Shown here in pieces: positions 1-12,885 of a DNA stretch of 64,000 bases. The position numbers were made by a program, and so were the translations under genes. The notes below the pieces were generated by a model that did not search any database, had not been told where the DNA came from, and saw nothing but the letters and a program-made list of their open reading frames with translations. Source of the DNA: Epiperipatus broadwayi (lineage: Eukaryota > Animalia > Onychophora); contig JAQFVV010000008.1 of NCBI GenBank assembly GCA_028023455.1, positions 11,904,001-11,968,000 on the forward strand. The letters are read 5' to 3'. Within the stretch, counting starts at the first letter, position 1. Each line of letters begins with the position of its first letter.

Positions 1-3000
1 AATGGGGAGAAAATAACGTATAATTGACTAGCATCTGAAAGACCCAAAACTTGCTTTTACTATAAAGTACAGTATTGGGATGTTTATACAGAAAATTTAT
101 AATAAGCTTTATATTTTAGATAGACTGATCTTACTCCTATAGATTTTTCTTACTGTGTATTGATTGGTTTGTTATATAATAAAGATATGTGTGTGTGTGT
201 GCAAAACTAGTTAATACAGACAGTGTTGGGTCACTAGAAATGATATGTTGTACCGGTCGGTTTTGTCCGTTCATATAACAAGATCTAGCATCTAGGCAAA
301 AGTACCTCGAGTCCAATCATGCACAAGATACATAAGTCAGGAACACTCATGAACTCTGCCCTATTTGCCTATTTTCCAGATCTATCAACTTATGAGCAAC
401 AATCCCGATGATACCAATCTAATTTATCTCCCTGCCGGCATTGCAAAGCGGAGACACAAAGAGACCCTTATTGGAAATAATATAATGGAACCTTTTGGTA
501 TAAAATATCACAAGTTTGACACATTTAAAGGTCGTGAACTTTCACCTTAATTATATATATAGGATTAGCGGGATATCATCTAATCAGAGCAAGCATAATT
601 TATTAATCAAAATATAATATTTAAATAATGAAACAATGATTCTGAAAGTTGTTATATAGGTATGATTTATCAATTTAAAGAAAATATGTATGAGTTATTT
701 GATTATAATTCATTAGACGTCATTGGCCTTTTTACATTAATATCATATGAGATTTATCTTTTATTATTTAAGAAATGACAATTGTATTCATTAATTTATT
801 ATTTTATTGCGGCTGATTTATATGCTAATAATCGATAAACTATAAGATCTGTAAATATAATCTTAATAGTGCTATACTGAGTATATAAATGACTCTCAAG
901 TCCACCCCTAGAAAGAAGAACAAAATATAATACTTGACCGAATTTACTTCATAAAGATTATTATCAAAATCTGATTATCATTAATAATGATGTGGGAGAG
1001 TTAATTGAGAATATATATAATTGCATCGCAAAATGATCCATGCATGAAAATATTAATAAATATCAAAGAAATCTGCTTAGTAGAATTAAAACATTATGGC
1101 TTAGAATATTCATAGGTTTTATTTGGAACTAGAAGTAAGAGGGCAGTGCATGCATGGTGGCATATTTATGTGATTCAGTCATGGATCTTAGGAGGTGCTT
1201 TTGAAAATTCATTGAAAGAAATAAAGGCTGATATATGTCTGCAGACTTGGCAGAATCGGCTCATGAACGAAGATTAATTCGCTGTGAAGTGAAATAGGCT
1301 GGGCTTTTCCCAAAGCGCTCCTATGTAGTTAGCTCAAGTGACAAAATAAGTCCCAAGAGGTTTTGGCCTTGTTCTTGGACTTGGAAGTAAAGAAACGGGG
1401 TTCAGTTTTTCCAATATGCCGAGGAAATGAAGCACAATATATATCAAAACCTGAAGGAGGAGGCCGGTATGCAATCAACGCTTGAAACAACATATGTATA
1501 AAATATTTAAAAGACTTGATTAATTAATACCTATATATTATGGAATACCCAGCGTAATGGTATGATTATAATACTAAACAGTAATGGAAAACTTAAATTC
1601 ATTAATAAAAATAATAAGATACTGGAAATTGAGAAGCTTCCTCCCCTTGGTTAAATTACTTTACACAATAACTTTCCACAAACGTTGAAACAAACATTAA
1701 CATTCAGTTCTAAGTGCTTTTATCACAGTTACAAATAATTTTATATATATAGGAGTTAGGTGGTGGTTATTGATTTCATGGAATAAAATATTAACTTAAT
1801 TTTACATAAACATATTTGAAATTTTGGAATTAGCGCTATGATTTAAATTTAAAAAAAACATTTTTTTTTACCCTGCTTTTCGATAATAACACTATCATAT
1901 CAAGTTGTTTCCCCAAATTTGCAAGGGTATACTGTAATTAAAATAAACTTGTTTTAATTAAAAGAAACTAAACTGACCTTCCCATGAAAAAAAAGGGAGG
2001 ATTTAAAAGAAGAACAAACATTTTTGCAAATTTAGGAAGTTATTGGTACATTATTTAAAATACAAAAATATAATAATCAAAATATGAAATATTGTTTCAC
2101 GAAAAAGATAATAAGAATATAATTATTTACTAGAGACTCAATAGGAGAAATATTAAGAGAGTTTATAGAGGGTTGAACATATTTTAACAGATCAGGTAAG
2201 AGTTTACAAGTTATATTATTTGATATGGTATTGCTGTTCTCAAGACCGGCTAAAAGATTACACTACATTTAAAGGAATGGTTAGACAAGAAATTTAATTT
2301 AAAGTTGAGATTGTTTACGTAAGTTTACTAACCTTGTTCATTAATAGCGGTGGTTCTTGGTTGATTTGAATAATCCATAGGCTAGATCTAGTTTTTATTG
2401 TATTTGGTCAGGCAGGTAGCACTTTCATTATTTAACATATAGGTACATAGAAACAGTTCATGGGTGTCTGGATCCTGGGTGATGACATCAGGGAAGATGG
2501 CATGTTGGAATGGTGAGAGAAGGTGAGGTTCTACTCACGGTACATTGAATCAGAGATGAAACGTGTGTGAATATGGCTTGCCATTGCTCTTCTTAAATTA
2601 CTTGTTCTTGGGTGTTCAAATTCAGCACTATACTATTTTTATGTTCTGGAATGTTTTTAACTACTTGACTTGAAGCATTTTATTTTATTTTATCGATCTG
2701 CAATTTGCAGACCAGATGCACACCTTTGTTCTGGTAAGTTTTAAGAGAATGCAATCCTGCTAAGAATTTCCCGAATGATTGTTTTAAAATATAATCTTAG
2801 ATTTTAAAACAAATTTGAAATGGATAAAATTTCCACTAATGGATCTTGCATTACTTTTATAAAATTATAACATTTTAATTTGGACTAATGGATTTCCGGT
2901 TAATTGAATTAATTGCATTCGAGAATATTCGGCAGGATTGCATCAGATTTTTTGACCGCCATTACTAAAATAAATAATAAAATTTAACATAATTTTAAAA

Positions 3001-3949
3001 ATAGAAATTAATATAAAATATTTTAATGTAAACATTTTGCAAATAATCTCCCCCTCACCTATGATATATATGTATCCATTACACACATATACGAATTTAT
3101 ATAAGTATTTATTGAAGGTGTTTAGATTAAGATCTATGTTGATTATTTTAATACTAAGCAAAAAAAATGTTAATAAATGTGTATATATGTGTAAGGATGA
3201 AGGTTGAATAAGGTTTGGTGGTGTGGAATTCTGAGTGGGCTGTGAAGCTCAATCTGAGTATCAGATTGATCACTTCAATGTGAAAAGTAGAATTAAGATA
3301 ACTGCAAGTAACTACTGTAACAAAACGTCACTTTATTTTTCATTTTTATTTTCAATAAATTTATATCCAAAGCATTACACAAGCAGAGGGGGAAATATAG
3401 TCAATATTTTACATGTTAACTTTACTAATGGTCACACCGAGATTGTCTATAAATACACAGATCGCTGCCATGTTTCAAGACAGCTACACAGCTCTATAAC
3501 TGCCGAAAATAAAATACCTTTCCTGTAAATACTTATACTGGGATAAAATCCTAAAGGTGCCATCCAGAATTAACTGGAATATTCACAATAGAAGATCTTA
3601 AACATTCCTAGCACTTGATTCTATGACTAGCTCAAATAAACAAGAAAACCCCTAATTTGGGCTATCAGATAATGCATATTTAAAACACTGACAAATTTTA
3701 TTGCAACTAAATGTTATACAATGAGATATGGAGAGAGAGAATTCTGGTGAAATTAACAATTAAAACAACATTTATTTACATATTAAATTATAACAAAAAA
3801 TAAAATTGAAGCAATTGCAAAGATAATTTAGCATAGTTAATTCCAATTAAAATTAGGAAGTAAGCGTTACACATTTCTAGTTTTAAGAAAGTTTATAAAG
3901 AAAATATAAATCTTACCCCTCTTATTTCTGTTTAAATCTAGACTTTGAT

Positions 3950-4420
3950 TTATTTTTTACACTGACTTAGGTTTTTGCTATAGATTTTTTGGAGTGATCA
4001 TCCCTGTCTTCTTGATAGTTTCTAGAGTTCATGAATGGTATTCTTAAATTGGTTCCCAGTTTTCTTAGTGGTTTTAACTTCTTCCAATGTTAGTGTATAT
4101 TTTCATTTCATTGTTCAGCAGTAGTTTTGGATGAATAACAGGTAGATATCTCAGCAATGGCAGAGTAAGGATTTTGGTCATATCTCTGGCTATCCAATAT
4201 ATAGGAACTGGATGGTGAAAAACCAAATGAACACCCCTTTTGTAAGTCTAGCAAGGCATGGTAGTGTTAGGGCATCCATAGAGATTCCTGTACATCATTG
4301 GAGCACAAAACGAGGTTCACAATGAAAGACCACAATATTCAATAGTACAACAGCAAACCTAACAGGAATAGAATAGCTTGAATAACTTCAATAACTGAAC
4401 TAATAAAATATTAACTTATA
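3950..4420 (-). pseudogene. Highly degraded Penelope-like RT remnant
   Basis: Manual minus-strand translation with stops and frameshifts gives VLLNIVVFHCEPRFVLQ*CTGISMDALTLPCLARL, resembling the PLE RT segment L..N.F.F....Y.Q..G..MG...SP..A.L, followed by an HP.. motif. No ORF survives. Confidence 0.35.
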
Positions 4421-5562
4421 TATTCTCAATAAACCATTGTCTGAGTTCACCCATGTCATTAATTAGTTTTTCAATTTTTTCTTTTTTTTAATTACTTTTT
4501 TTTAATCATAGCATTAATTATCTAATCAATTTAATGGCTTTCTGATTTTCAGTGAAACAATTCCTTCTTGATCAGATAATCATTTACAAAAATTATTTTA
4601 ATATTATTTAGATAAAAATTATTTTATAATTAATTAGATAACTTTACATTTCATTTTTCTTTTCAAATGAATACATTGGCTTATCAAATACAATTTTAAG
4701 TTAACTTTTTTTTTTTTAATTTTATTTGCAATTTACAGATAACGTCTTAGATTTTGTATTTTTGTTTTAAAAAAAGATAAGCAATTTCTTTCAAATAGAA
4801 AATCCAATTAAATTCTTACATTATCATTATAGGTTTTTTTTATTCTGTTTTTCTGTTTAAATCAAGTTTGAAATTAATTTGATTTCAGTTTTATTCTTTC
4901 TCTTTTTTTTAATTCTAAGCTGTTTTTTTATTTCTTATTTTAAAATATCTCACCTCTCTACTTATTATACTGACTACTTAAATGATAGCCCTTTTCATTT
5001 TTTTTTTAAATATGTATTATTACTTTATTTTCCTGAATATTTTTAACATTCCTTTTAAATATTTTATGTAACATGTATATTTTATGTATCTGTTACCCAA
5101 CATTCTGATCTGCATAACATATTGTCTAACAATATGCAAATTAGCAGACTAATGATACTAGTAGGGCAGAGTGAAAATGGTTATGTGTGCACTATAGTTG
5201 TGGACCAGTTAGTGCTGAAGAAGAGATACAGTTAAATCCAATTAGACTGATTCAGAGATGTTAGTGAGCAATAAGTGTTTAGTAAAATCGCTAGTGAAAA
5301 CTAATGCAGAAAGTTTAACTCTATAAACCATTCAGACATTAATATTATTATTTGTTCTGAATTTAGCCTGTCAGTCACTAGTTACTCAACTAATCATTAT
5401 TGCTAACTTATGCATTATTCTGAGTTAACTCTTAAGTTGTCAAACCTTTGTATTTTTAATTTAAATGATAGCATATCAGTGTATGACTCCTAGCATAAGT
5501 CTAGCCATGTACGTCACTTCTGTACTACAACATTAGCAGCATTACTAAGAAACTTGAGAATT

Positions 5563-5625
5563 AAACAGGCAAAAACTCTCCATATAGTAGTGCCACCTTG
5601 TTTATGAGATGGTGATCATGTGATG
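5563..5625. mobile_element. 63-bp internally deleted member of the hammerhead-bearing repeat family (family A)
   Basis: Arm start CAGGCAAAAACTCTCCATATAGTAGTGCCAC is joined directly to the tail end ATGGTGATCATGTGA. Flanked by TTGAGAATT at 5554-5562 and 5626-5634. Confidence 0.65.
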
Positions 5626-6325
5626 TTGAGAATTTAAAAGGCCTACTAATACAAACACTAATAGAGATCAAAAGTTATCCTGTTTATTGCTTTTCTGAAT
5701 CTTCAACTAGCCAAAATCTATATGAAAATAGATTTATAATCAGCTTTCTATTAACTGCCAATGATTAGTAAGATTGCTGATATCCTGAACTGGAAATTTA
5801 TGTTTGTTTGTTTTTAAAATCAACTATCAGTTTTATAAAATAATGATTAATCCATATTTATTTCTACAAATTGTGAATCATCTAAAAAGTTTAGAGAATA
5901 TCAGCTCATAATTTGTGAAAGTTTGTTGCCTATTTCAAGATTCATACCTACAAGATTTGCAGCTTATCAATGGGATAAATATTCCATAAAATGAAGGCAA
6001 ATATATTAAGATTAGTAATTGTCTACAACTTATGGTGTATGATATTTTTAAAGTTCAGTTATCATCTGAAAAGGATAGCAAATGAAATGATCAGATTAAT
6101 ACTTAGCAAAATAAATCAATTAAATTTTTTTCTACAATATGATTAATATCTGTCAGATACTGAATTTAAGTTATAAGGTATTCGATTGGAAGATATTGAA
6201 ATGAACATACATGAGAATTAACTATGAATAATAATTAACTAAGGCTAAAGTAGTCAATAAAATAATTAAAATTACCCCAACTTCAAAAATAAAAACCATC
6301 TAGCCAAAGAAAATTAACTCTATAA

Positions 6326-7132
6326 CACAACCATTGGTTTCTGCTATGTCCGCAAGTGTGACTGAGCGGCCAGCAAATGAATATATACATAAAAAAACAC
6401 AATATTTTTAAGTAATCAGAATAGCAAATAGTTTGCAACAACACAATCTCAACAGTTCACTAATGTTCAATTCCCACGATGTATCTTCAGGCTAAAAACG
6501 TTTCACAATGGGCTTGGTTTACACAAACTTTGGCCCCAGTCCAGTTTAGCTGCACATGAACACATTGTAGTATAGCACTATGATCGACTTTAAGCTCGTT
6601 TCAGCTTCCATCTCTGCAGCAGTCCACCTGTAACTCCACTTGAAACTGCTGGAAACAACTCTTCATTCAGCTGCTATCCAGATGGTTTTCTCAGGTTACA
6701 GTCTCCCAATCTCTGGGCCTATTCAGCTATTTCCTGTGAACCCATTTCCATTGAGCACTGCATATTAACCAAAGCACAGACATTAGCTCTCTCCTATACT
6801 GGAATTAAACTGTATAGTCAACTGGAGATGTACTCGAATGGCCCCACATACTTTTTACATAGCCTTTTTATACCTTTCTGATAACTGCTACAATTAATTA
6901 CCTTCTCCATATAAAGTAAGGTCTCTTATCTAGGAATATTTGCAATCAGCAAATATTTCTTGGAATTTTATTGATCGCCATTATGTTAATTCTTTAATTA
7001 AATTTTTATCAGTTATCAGTTCGCAATCTAAAAAAATCTCTCTAGTAAATTCTAGTTTTTCTGGAGTGCACAAACTTGTATAAAACTTACAAAATACAAC
7101 AGTTTCATTGTTAAAAGAAGATTTCTCAAGTG
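6326..7132 (-). ncRNA. Degenerate type I hammerhead-like motif (U3-A8 variant) split by the solo LTR
   Basis: With the LTR and one TSD copy removed, the minus strand reads CAC-TTGAGAA-ATCTTCTTTTAACAAT-GAAA-C-CAATG-G-TT-GTG: stem I CAC/GTG, stem III AAC/GTT, weak stem II. It lies just downstream of the PLE ORF end. Confidence 0.4.
6342..7101. mobile_element. Solo LTR (760 bp) with perfect 5-bp TSD GTTTC
   Basis: Starts TGCTATGT and ends ATACAACA. GTTTC at 6337-6341 and 7102-7106. Colinear homologue at 44006-44776. Confidence 0.88.
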
Positions 7133-9019
7133 CAAAGGGCTAAAAGCTTACCAACAAATATATCCCACACACCCTTAATATTAAAAGAATTCTTAAATCA
7201 GTTAATTGCTTCAGAATGATAAATTTTTAATATTAAAGATTCTTTAATTTTTTTGTTTCATTTCTTTCAAAGAAGACAACCTTAGCCTCATCAAAATTAA
7301 TGGTGTGACTAATATCTCATGTATATATAAAACAGAACTAAGTTATTTATTTCTAACCCTACTTTTATGTACTTTCATTTAAATCTCAAACTATTCTGGC
7401 CTATATATAACTTCCTACAACAACAAGTGATAATATACACCTCTCCAGGAATAGTCTTGTTATGAAAAATTTCCTTTAATGATTTTATAAATTATTCAAT
7501 GTAATATCCCTTTTTCAACCAAATAAATTAATATTGTTCTATACAATCCTATAAGAAGATAATTTAAAAGGCAAAGAAATAAAATATTTTTCTTTATATT
7601 ATTAGCAACACAATTACTATTAAATAAAATACTTTTAACAAATTTATCAGAATATGCAACCCTCAAATAATTTTTATAAAATTGCCCTCTTTTTGAAACA
7701 AAGCTACCTTATTAGAACTATTTAATCTCTTTTATAGCAATAATTTTTTTAAGCAGTCATTTTCAGAGATATAATTATCAGGTTTAATTATAGATCTTAA
7801 ATCCTTACTCTTAACATAATGATTACATACCAAACAATTATTCTTTATATTTCTTACTACCAATAAATCTAAAAAAATTTATTTAACAAAATCTAACCCC
7901 CCCCCTCCCTTCAATGTCCTATTTTAAAAAAGGGTCAAAACAAACTTATCTAATGACTCCTAATTTATTATCTTCAACTACAAACAAACAATCATCAATA
8001 TATCTAACAAATGACTAAATATAGACAAGCCTTATTAATAACTTCCTCTTCCAGATAATTGATGTAAACTGAGCAAATCAAAGGAGCAATAATGTAACCT
8101 ATTGTCCACCCTTTCTTAAATTGATAAAAATTACTATTGTAAGTAAAATACATAGAATCCAATAATAGCAAATCTTTAATGACATTAATTTTACTTTTAG
8201 ACAAAGATCCATTTCTAATCAATTCAGACATAATAACATCAATACTATTTAATCTGTTAACAGATTGATACATATTTTTAATATCTAAACTATCAAAAAC
8301 CCAATTACTTTCCATTTTAAAACTATTAATCTTATCAAAAGAAGAAAAAAACTAATGACCAAAATTAATAAATTGTTTTAAAAAAATTATTCGAAACCTA
8401 GAAATACCCCCAACAATATTACCTGGAAAGTCAAAAATAAATTTTAAATGAAAACCTTTGCGAGTCTTAATATTCATAAACATTCCTTTCATAATGACAA
8501 ACTGGCCAACTTTGTCTTCATGAAAAATGATAACATCATCAGCAATTAACTTATTCTTAGGATGTCTAACCTCAGCAGGACTAACAATATTTTTTTCTTT
8601 TTAAACTTTTATTTAAAACCAATTGAATACCAATTTTCTGCTCATCATTTAAATTACTAGATTCTATAGATGAAATCGTAACAAAAATTATTTTTTGAAT
8701 GAAAAACCATAAAATTAAGACTATTACCAAGAATTTCTAATTCTCTGTCATTTAACTTAATATCCGAAAGATTAACAACTTTATTAATAGAAATATTATT
8801 TTTAACAACCACCCTATTACTGAAATAAACATTATTCGCTTTTCCAAACCATTTAAATTTTCTTTCATATGTCCTACAAAAGAATTTTGACATATTCTAA
8901 ATTGCCTAATGAAAACATTTAAAATAGAATAATTAAAATCTTGGCTCTTATCTAAATTATATCTATTCATTTTATATTCAGAAATAAATCTGCAAAGCTT
9001 ACTAAAATTCTCTTTCAAA

Positions 9020-9858
9020 AAACTTCCATTGAAATTTAATTCTATGATTAATTTTATCAATTATATCTTCACTGATACTAATAATCTGATCAATATATAT
9101 ATGATATTAACTTCTTCTAATGCATGATTATCAATCTTTATTTTTTTCTGAGAAAATCCATTGTACTTCGGCTTTTTAGTCTTTATCTTTAGTTTTATTT
9201 TTATTTTCATCTAATAACTTTTGCAACATTCCTAAAGCTCAGAAACACAATTTGCAAAAACAACACATCATAAAATTCATATATCTTAAATAATCCTTCA
9301 GCAACCCAATTGTAATCCACAAAATACTTGTAAAACTGCTGTAAAAAGTTTAGGAAATATGTTGATATTGTTAGTATCACCATATAATCTAATTACTGCT
9401 GCAGTTTGATAATTCTCCAAAATAATATTGTGGTTTATATCTTGATGGTTCAAAACTTTAATCATTGTTGGAATATTTATGGAATTTAATGCCTTTTATT
9501 ATAAAGGCAAAGCATAAGAACTCTTATTTATTGATCATTAATACTTAGATATGATTCACTGTGTTTTAAAACACTTTCAATATAACTTGTTCTTTCAATT
9601 TGAATTCAAAGTTCACTGTAGATTAGTTACAGTTATCTTAGTGAAGATTTTGTCTAGAATTGACAGAAGATTGATAGATCTGTAATTTCTAATATCTTCA
9701 TATCATCTTTCTTATCAGTATTACTATTACATTCTGATCATCTGGTACATTTTTCTTATGTCTTTTTTTATTTCTTAAGGTGATTCTTTTAGGGTAATAT
9801 TAAGTCCTTTATTTCTAGGATCATTTAATTTCTTAATACCTTACTTCTTAATTTAACA
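9020..9858 (-). mobile_element. Old degraded RTE LINE fragment (RT region)
   Basis: Reverse complement is colinear with about 11390-12350 of the younger RTE, for example EDIRNYRSINLLSILDKIFTKI and PKLFTAV. Confidence 0.75.
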
Positions 9859-10055
9859 TATATATATATATTGGAAAAATATTTATCATTTACACAAACA
9901 TTCATTCTGCCTTATCAGGCACTGAGAAGAAAGACCATGGTGTTTCTCGATCTTAAACTCAGAGGTAAAAAGCCAAAAAACCACGCTGGCTAATGCATGT
10001 TGGTGAGCAGCCCATCCATGTTCGTATACTATATGAATAAACACATAGTAATAAC

Positions 10056-12837
10056 AACTTTTATTTAGGTACTTACAACTGCAGATCACTTTCAAGTGAA
10101 GGAAGATTGCAAGAATTAGAAGAAGAACTCTCTTATATTAAATGGGATATTATTGGACTTTGTGAAGTTAGAAGAAAAGGTGAAGAGACAATTAATTTAA
10201 AAAGTGGACATATATTTTATTATAAAGGCACAAATATTGGAAATACAAGTGGAGTAGGATTCATTATAAATAAAAAGTGGAAGAACAATATTGTGGAGAT
10301 TGATGGTGTATCAGACAGAGTGGCAAGATTAGTTATACAACTTAATAGCAGATACCAAATGCAGATAATTCAGGTTTATGCCCCAACAAGTTCTCATAGT
10401 GATGAAGTAGTAGAAGATTTTTATATGGATGTACAAAAGGCTTTTGATAAGAGTAAACAACATTTTAAAATTGTTATGGGAGACTTTAATGCTAGAATTG
10501 GTAAACAAATGAAAGATGAAAGTGCTGTAGGTAATTTTGGTTATGGTAATAGAAATGAGAGAGGACATAGACTTGTGGAGTTTGCAGAAAAAGAAAAACT
10601 TTATATTATGAATTCTTTTTTTGAGAAAAATGTTAAAAGAAAATGGACATGGAAACATCCAAATGAAGGTACAGCAGAATTGGATTATATTTTGACTAAC
10701 AGGAAATACATATTTCAAGATTGTAATGTTCTTAATAGATTTAACACAGGAAGTGATCTTCGATTAGTAAGGTGCAAGATGCGTGTTAATGTAAAACTAG
10801 AAAGACAAAAATTGTTAAGAAAAACAATATTTACAGTTGATATTCCTAATCTTCAGAAACATTCTAATGAATTTAAATTAGAACTTACAAATCGATTTCA
10901 AGTATTAGTAGATTTTGAACATGATTCAGATTTGAATGAAATTAATATGAAAATAACTGATACACTTTTAAAAACTGCAACAAAGATAGCTGGCAGACAA
11001 AAGCAGCAATTGACCAACAAAATTTCTATTGAAACTAGAGAATTTATGAAGAAAAGAAGAAATATGAAGATATACAAAAATGATGCACTAAAAAGAATTG
11101 AATATCTCGAATTTTGTAAAATGGTGCGGAAAAGAATTGAAAACGATATAAGAAAATATAACTGTGAACTAGCAAGAAAAGCTATAGAAGAAAATAAAAG
11201 TCTTAAGAATGTAAAACAACGTTTTGGTATTGGTAGGAAATTTATATCTGCAATAAGGAAGAAAGATGGAATTATTACTAAAAAGAGAGATGACATCATG
11301 AAATTGGTAGAAAATTTTTATCAAGAAGAATTATATAGTAATAAAGATCAAGTACCTCCTATATCTATTACATCTTCCGAATTGCCCAGAATTTTAAATG
11401 AAGAAGTGAGAAATGCAATTAAATGTATGAAGAAAGGAAAGGCTCCAGGTAATGATGGAATTATAATTGATATATTAAAAGAAGCAGGTGAAGAAACAGA
11501 AATTTTTTTAGCAAAGTTATATACCAAATGTCTAAATGATAAAGATGTACCGGATGATTGGAAGAATGCAGTAATAATATTAATATTTAAAAAAGGTGAT
11601 AAAGAAGATATTAGAAATTACAGACCTATCAGCCTTTTATCAGTTTTATATAAAATTTTTACCAAAATAATTACAACTCGTCTACAGAGAACATTGGATT
11701 TCCACCAATCAAGAGAACAAGCTGAATTTAAAAGCTAGTTTTAGTACAGTAGATCATATCCAGGTATTGAGCGAAGTTATAGAAAGGACAAATGAATGAG
11801 TTGCCATTATGTTTTGGATTTGTAGATTATGAAAAGGCATTTGATTCTATAAACATTTCTTCAGTGATTAAAGCATTGGATCATCAAAATATAGATCCAG
11901 GATATTGTCATATTTTAAAGAATATTTATAAAAATGCAACAGCAACAATTAGATTACATAATGATACTGGGAAAGTCAACATTGAGAAAGGTGTAAGACA
12001 AGGTGACTCCATATCTCCAAAACTTTTTACAGCAGTGCTGCAAGAAGTATTTTGTGGATTAAAATGGGAAACTAAAGGAGTGAAAGTAAATGAAGATTAT
12101 TTAAGTCATTTAGATTTCGCAGATGATGTAGTTGTTTTTGCAAATAATGCTTCAGAGCTGCAGGAAAGTAGGACTAAAGATAAATGTTAAAAAGTCTAAA
12201 GTAATGTTTAATCGGTTTGCTCAAAATATGAAAATAAAGATTGATTATGATGAATTAGAAGAAGTTAACAGTTACAAATACCTTGGTCAGATTTTTAATA
12301 CAGATGGAAACATAATGGAGGAAATTAATCATAGAATTAAAATTGGTTGGAGTGCTTTTGGTAGAATTGATACTAAAAGGAAATATGTCTATGTGTTTGA
12401 AAAGGAAGGTTTTTAACAAATGTGTTTTACCAGTTCTTACTTATGGATCTGAGACTTGGACACTCAATAGAAGAGCAATACAGAGACTTCAGACCACTCA
12501 AAGAAGTATGGAGAGGTGTATGTTGGGAGTAACAAGAAGAGATCGAAAACGCAATGTATGGGTAAGAGAACAAACAGGTGTTACTGACATCATTGAAAAA
12601 ATTAAAAGATTGAAGTGGAGTTGGGCTGGACATATTGCTAGAAGAGATGATAATAGATGGACAATTGAAATTTTAAACTGGATTCCAAGAGATTGTAAAA
12701 GACCCAGAAAGAGACCACATGTAAGATGGATGGATGAAATAAGAAAGTGTGCAGGGGTGATGTGGAGAAGAGAAGCTAAAGATCGGAGAAGATGGATTAA
12801 ACTTGGAGAGACCTTCATCCTGCAGTGGATTGATAAT
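10056..12837 (+). pseudogene. RTE APE-endonuclease/reverse transcriptase polyprotein, broken by a stop and frameshifts into ORFs 10107-11738, 11792-12190, 12132-12416 and 12343-12900
   Basis: APE motifs [23 protein letters not shown] and LDYIL. RT motifs [31 protein letters not shown] and FADD. RTE C-terminal motif KWSWAGHIARRDDNRW. Confidence 0.92.
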
Positions 12838-12839
12838 GA

Positions 12840-12841
<2 letters not shown>

Positions 12842-12883
<42 letters not shown>
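12842..12883. repeat. (TA)n microsatellite forming the RTE 3' tail
   Basis: About 21 AT units directly after TGGATTGATAATGATG. Confidence 0.9.

Positions 12884-12885
<2 letters not shown>

Larger units (their letters stand above)
6300..9010 (-). mobile_element. Degraded Penelope-like retroelement (N-terminus, RT, GIY-YIG C-terminus), interrupted near its 3' end by a solo LTR
   Basis: ORF 8657-8893 has the PLE N-terminal motif LNDRELEILGNSLNF. ORF 8004-8315 has RT motifs SLDIKNMY and YFTYNSNFYQFKKGWTIG..IAPLICSVYINYLEE. Around 7180-7310 the minus strand reads HTINFDEAKVVFFE...EAIN, like a PLE endonuclease C-terminus. Boundaries approximate. Confidence 0.75.

Noticed and set aside
365-3528. 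Short ORFs 365-550, 2943-3161 and 3235-3528, and possible PLE endonuclease debris at 2300-2950
   Set aside because: No recognisable motifs or splice support; too degraded to call.
9020-9420. Penelope N-terminal region repeated at 39.1 and 61.2 kb
   Set aside because: On re-alignment these segments are reverse-strand RTE RT sequence.
9871-10060. snRNA-LINE or foreign-template chimera
   Set aside because: No snRNA or tRNA similarity was recognised; the 41-kb locus places this segment in the RTE's own 5' UTR.
10329-12818. Antisense ORFs over the RTE (10329-10718, 10898-11299, 12498-12818) and similar shadows at 31174, 34200, 35164, 56643 and 57121
   Set aside because: Reverse-frame shadows of retroelement coding sequence with no independent motifs.
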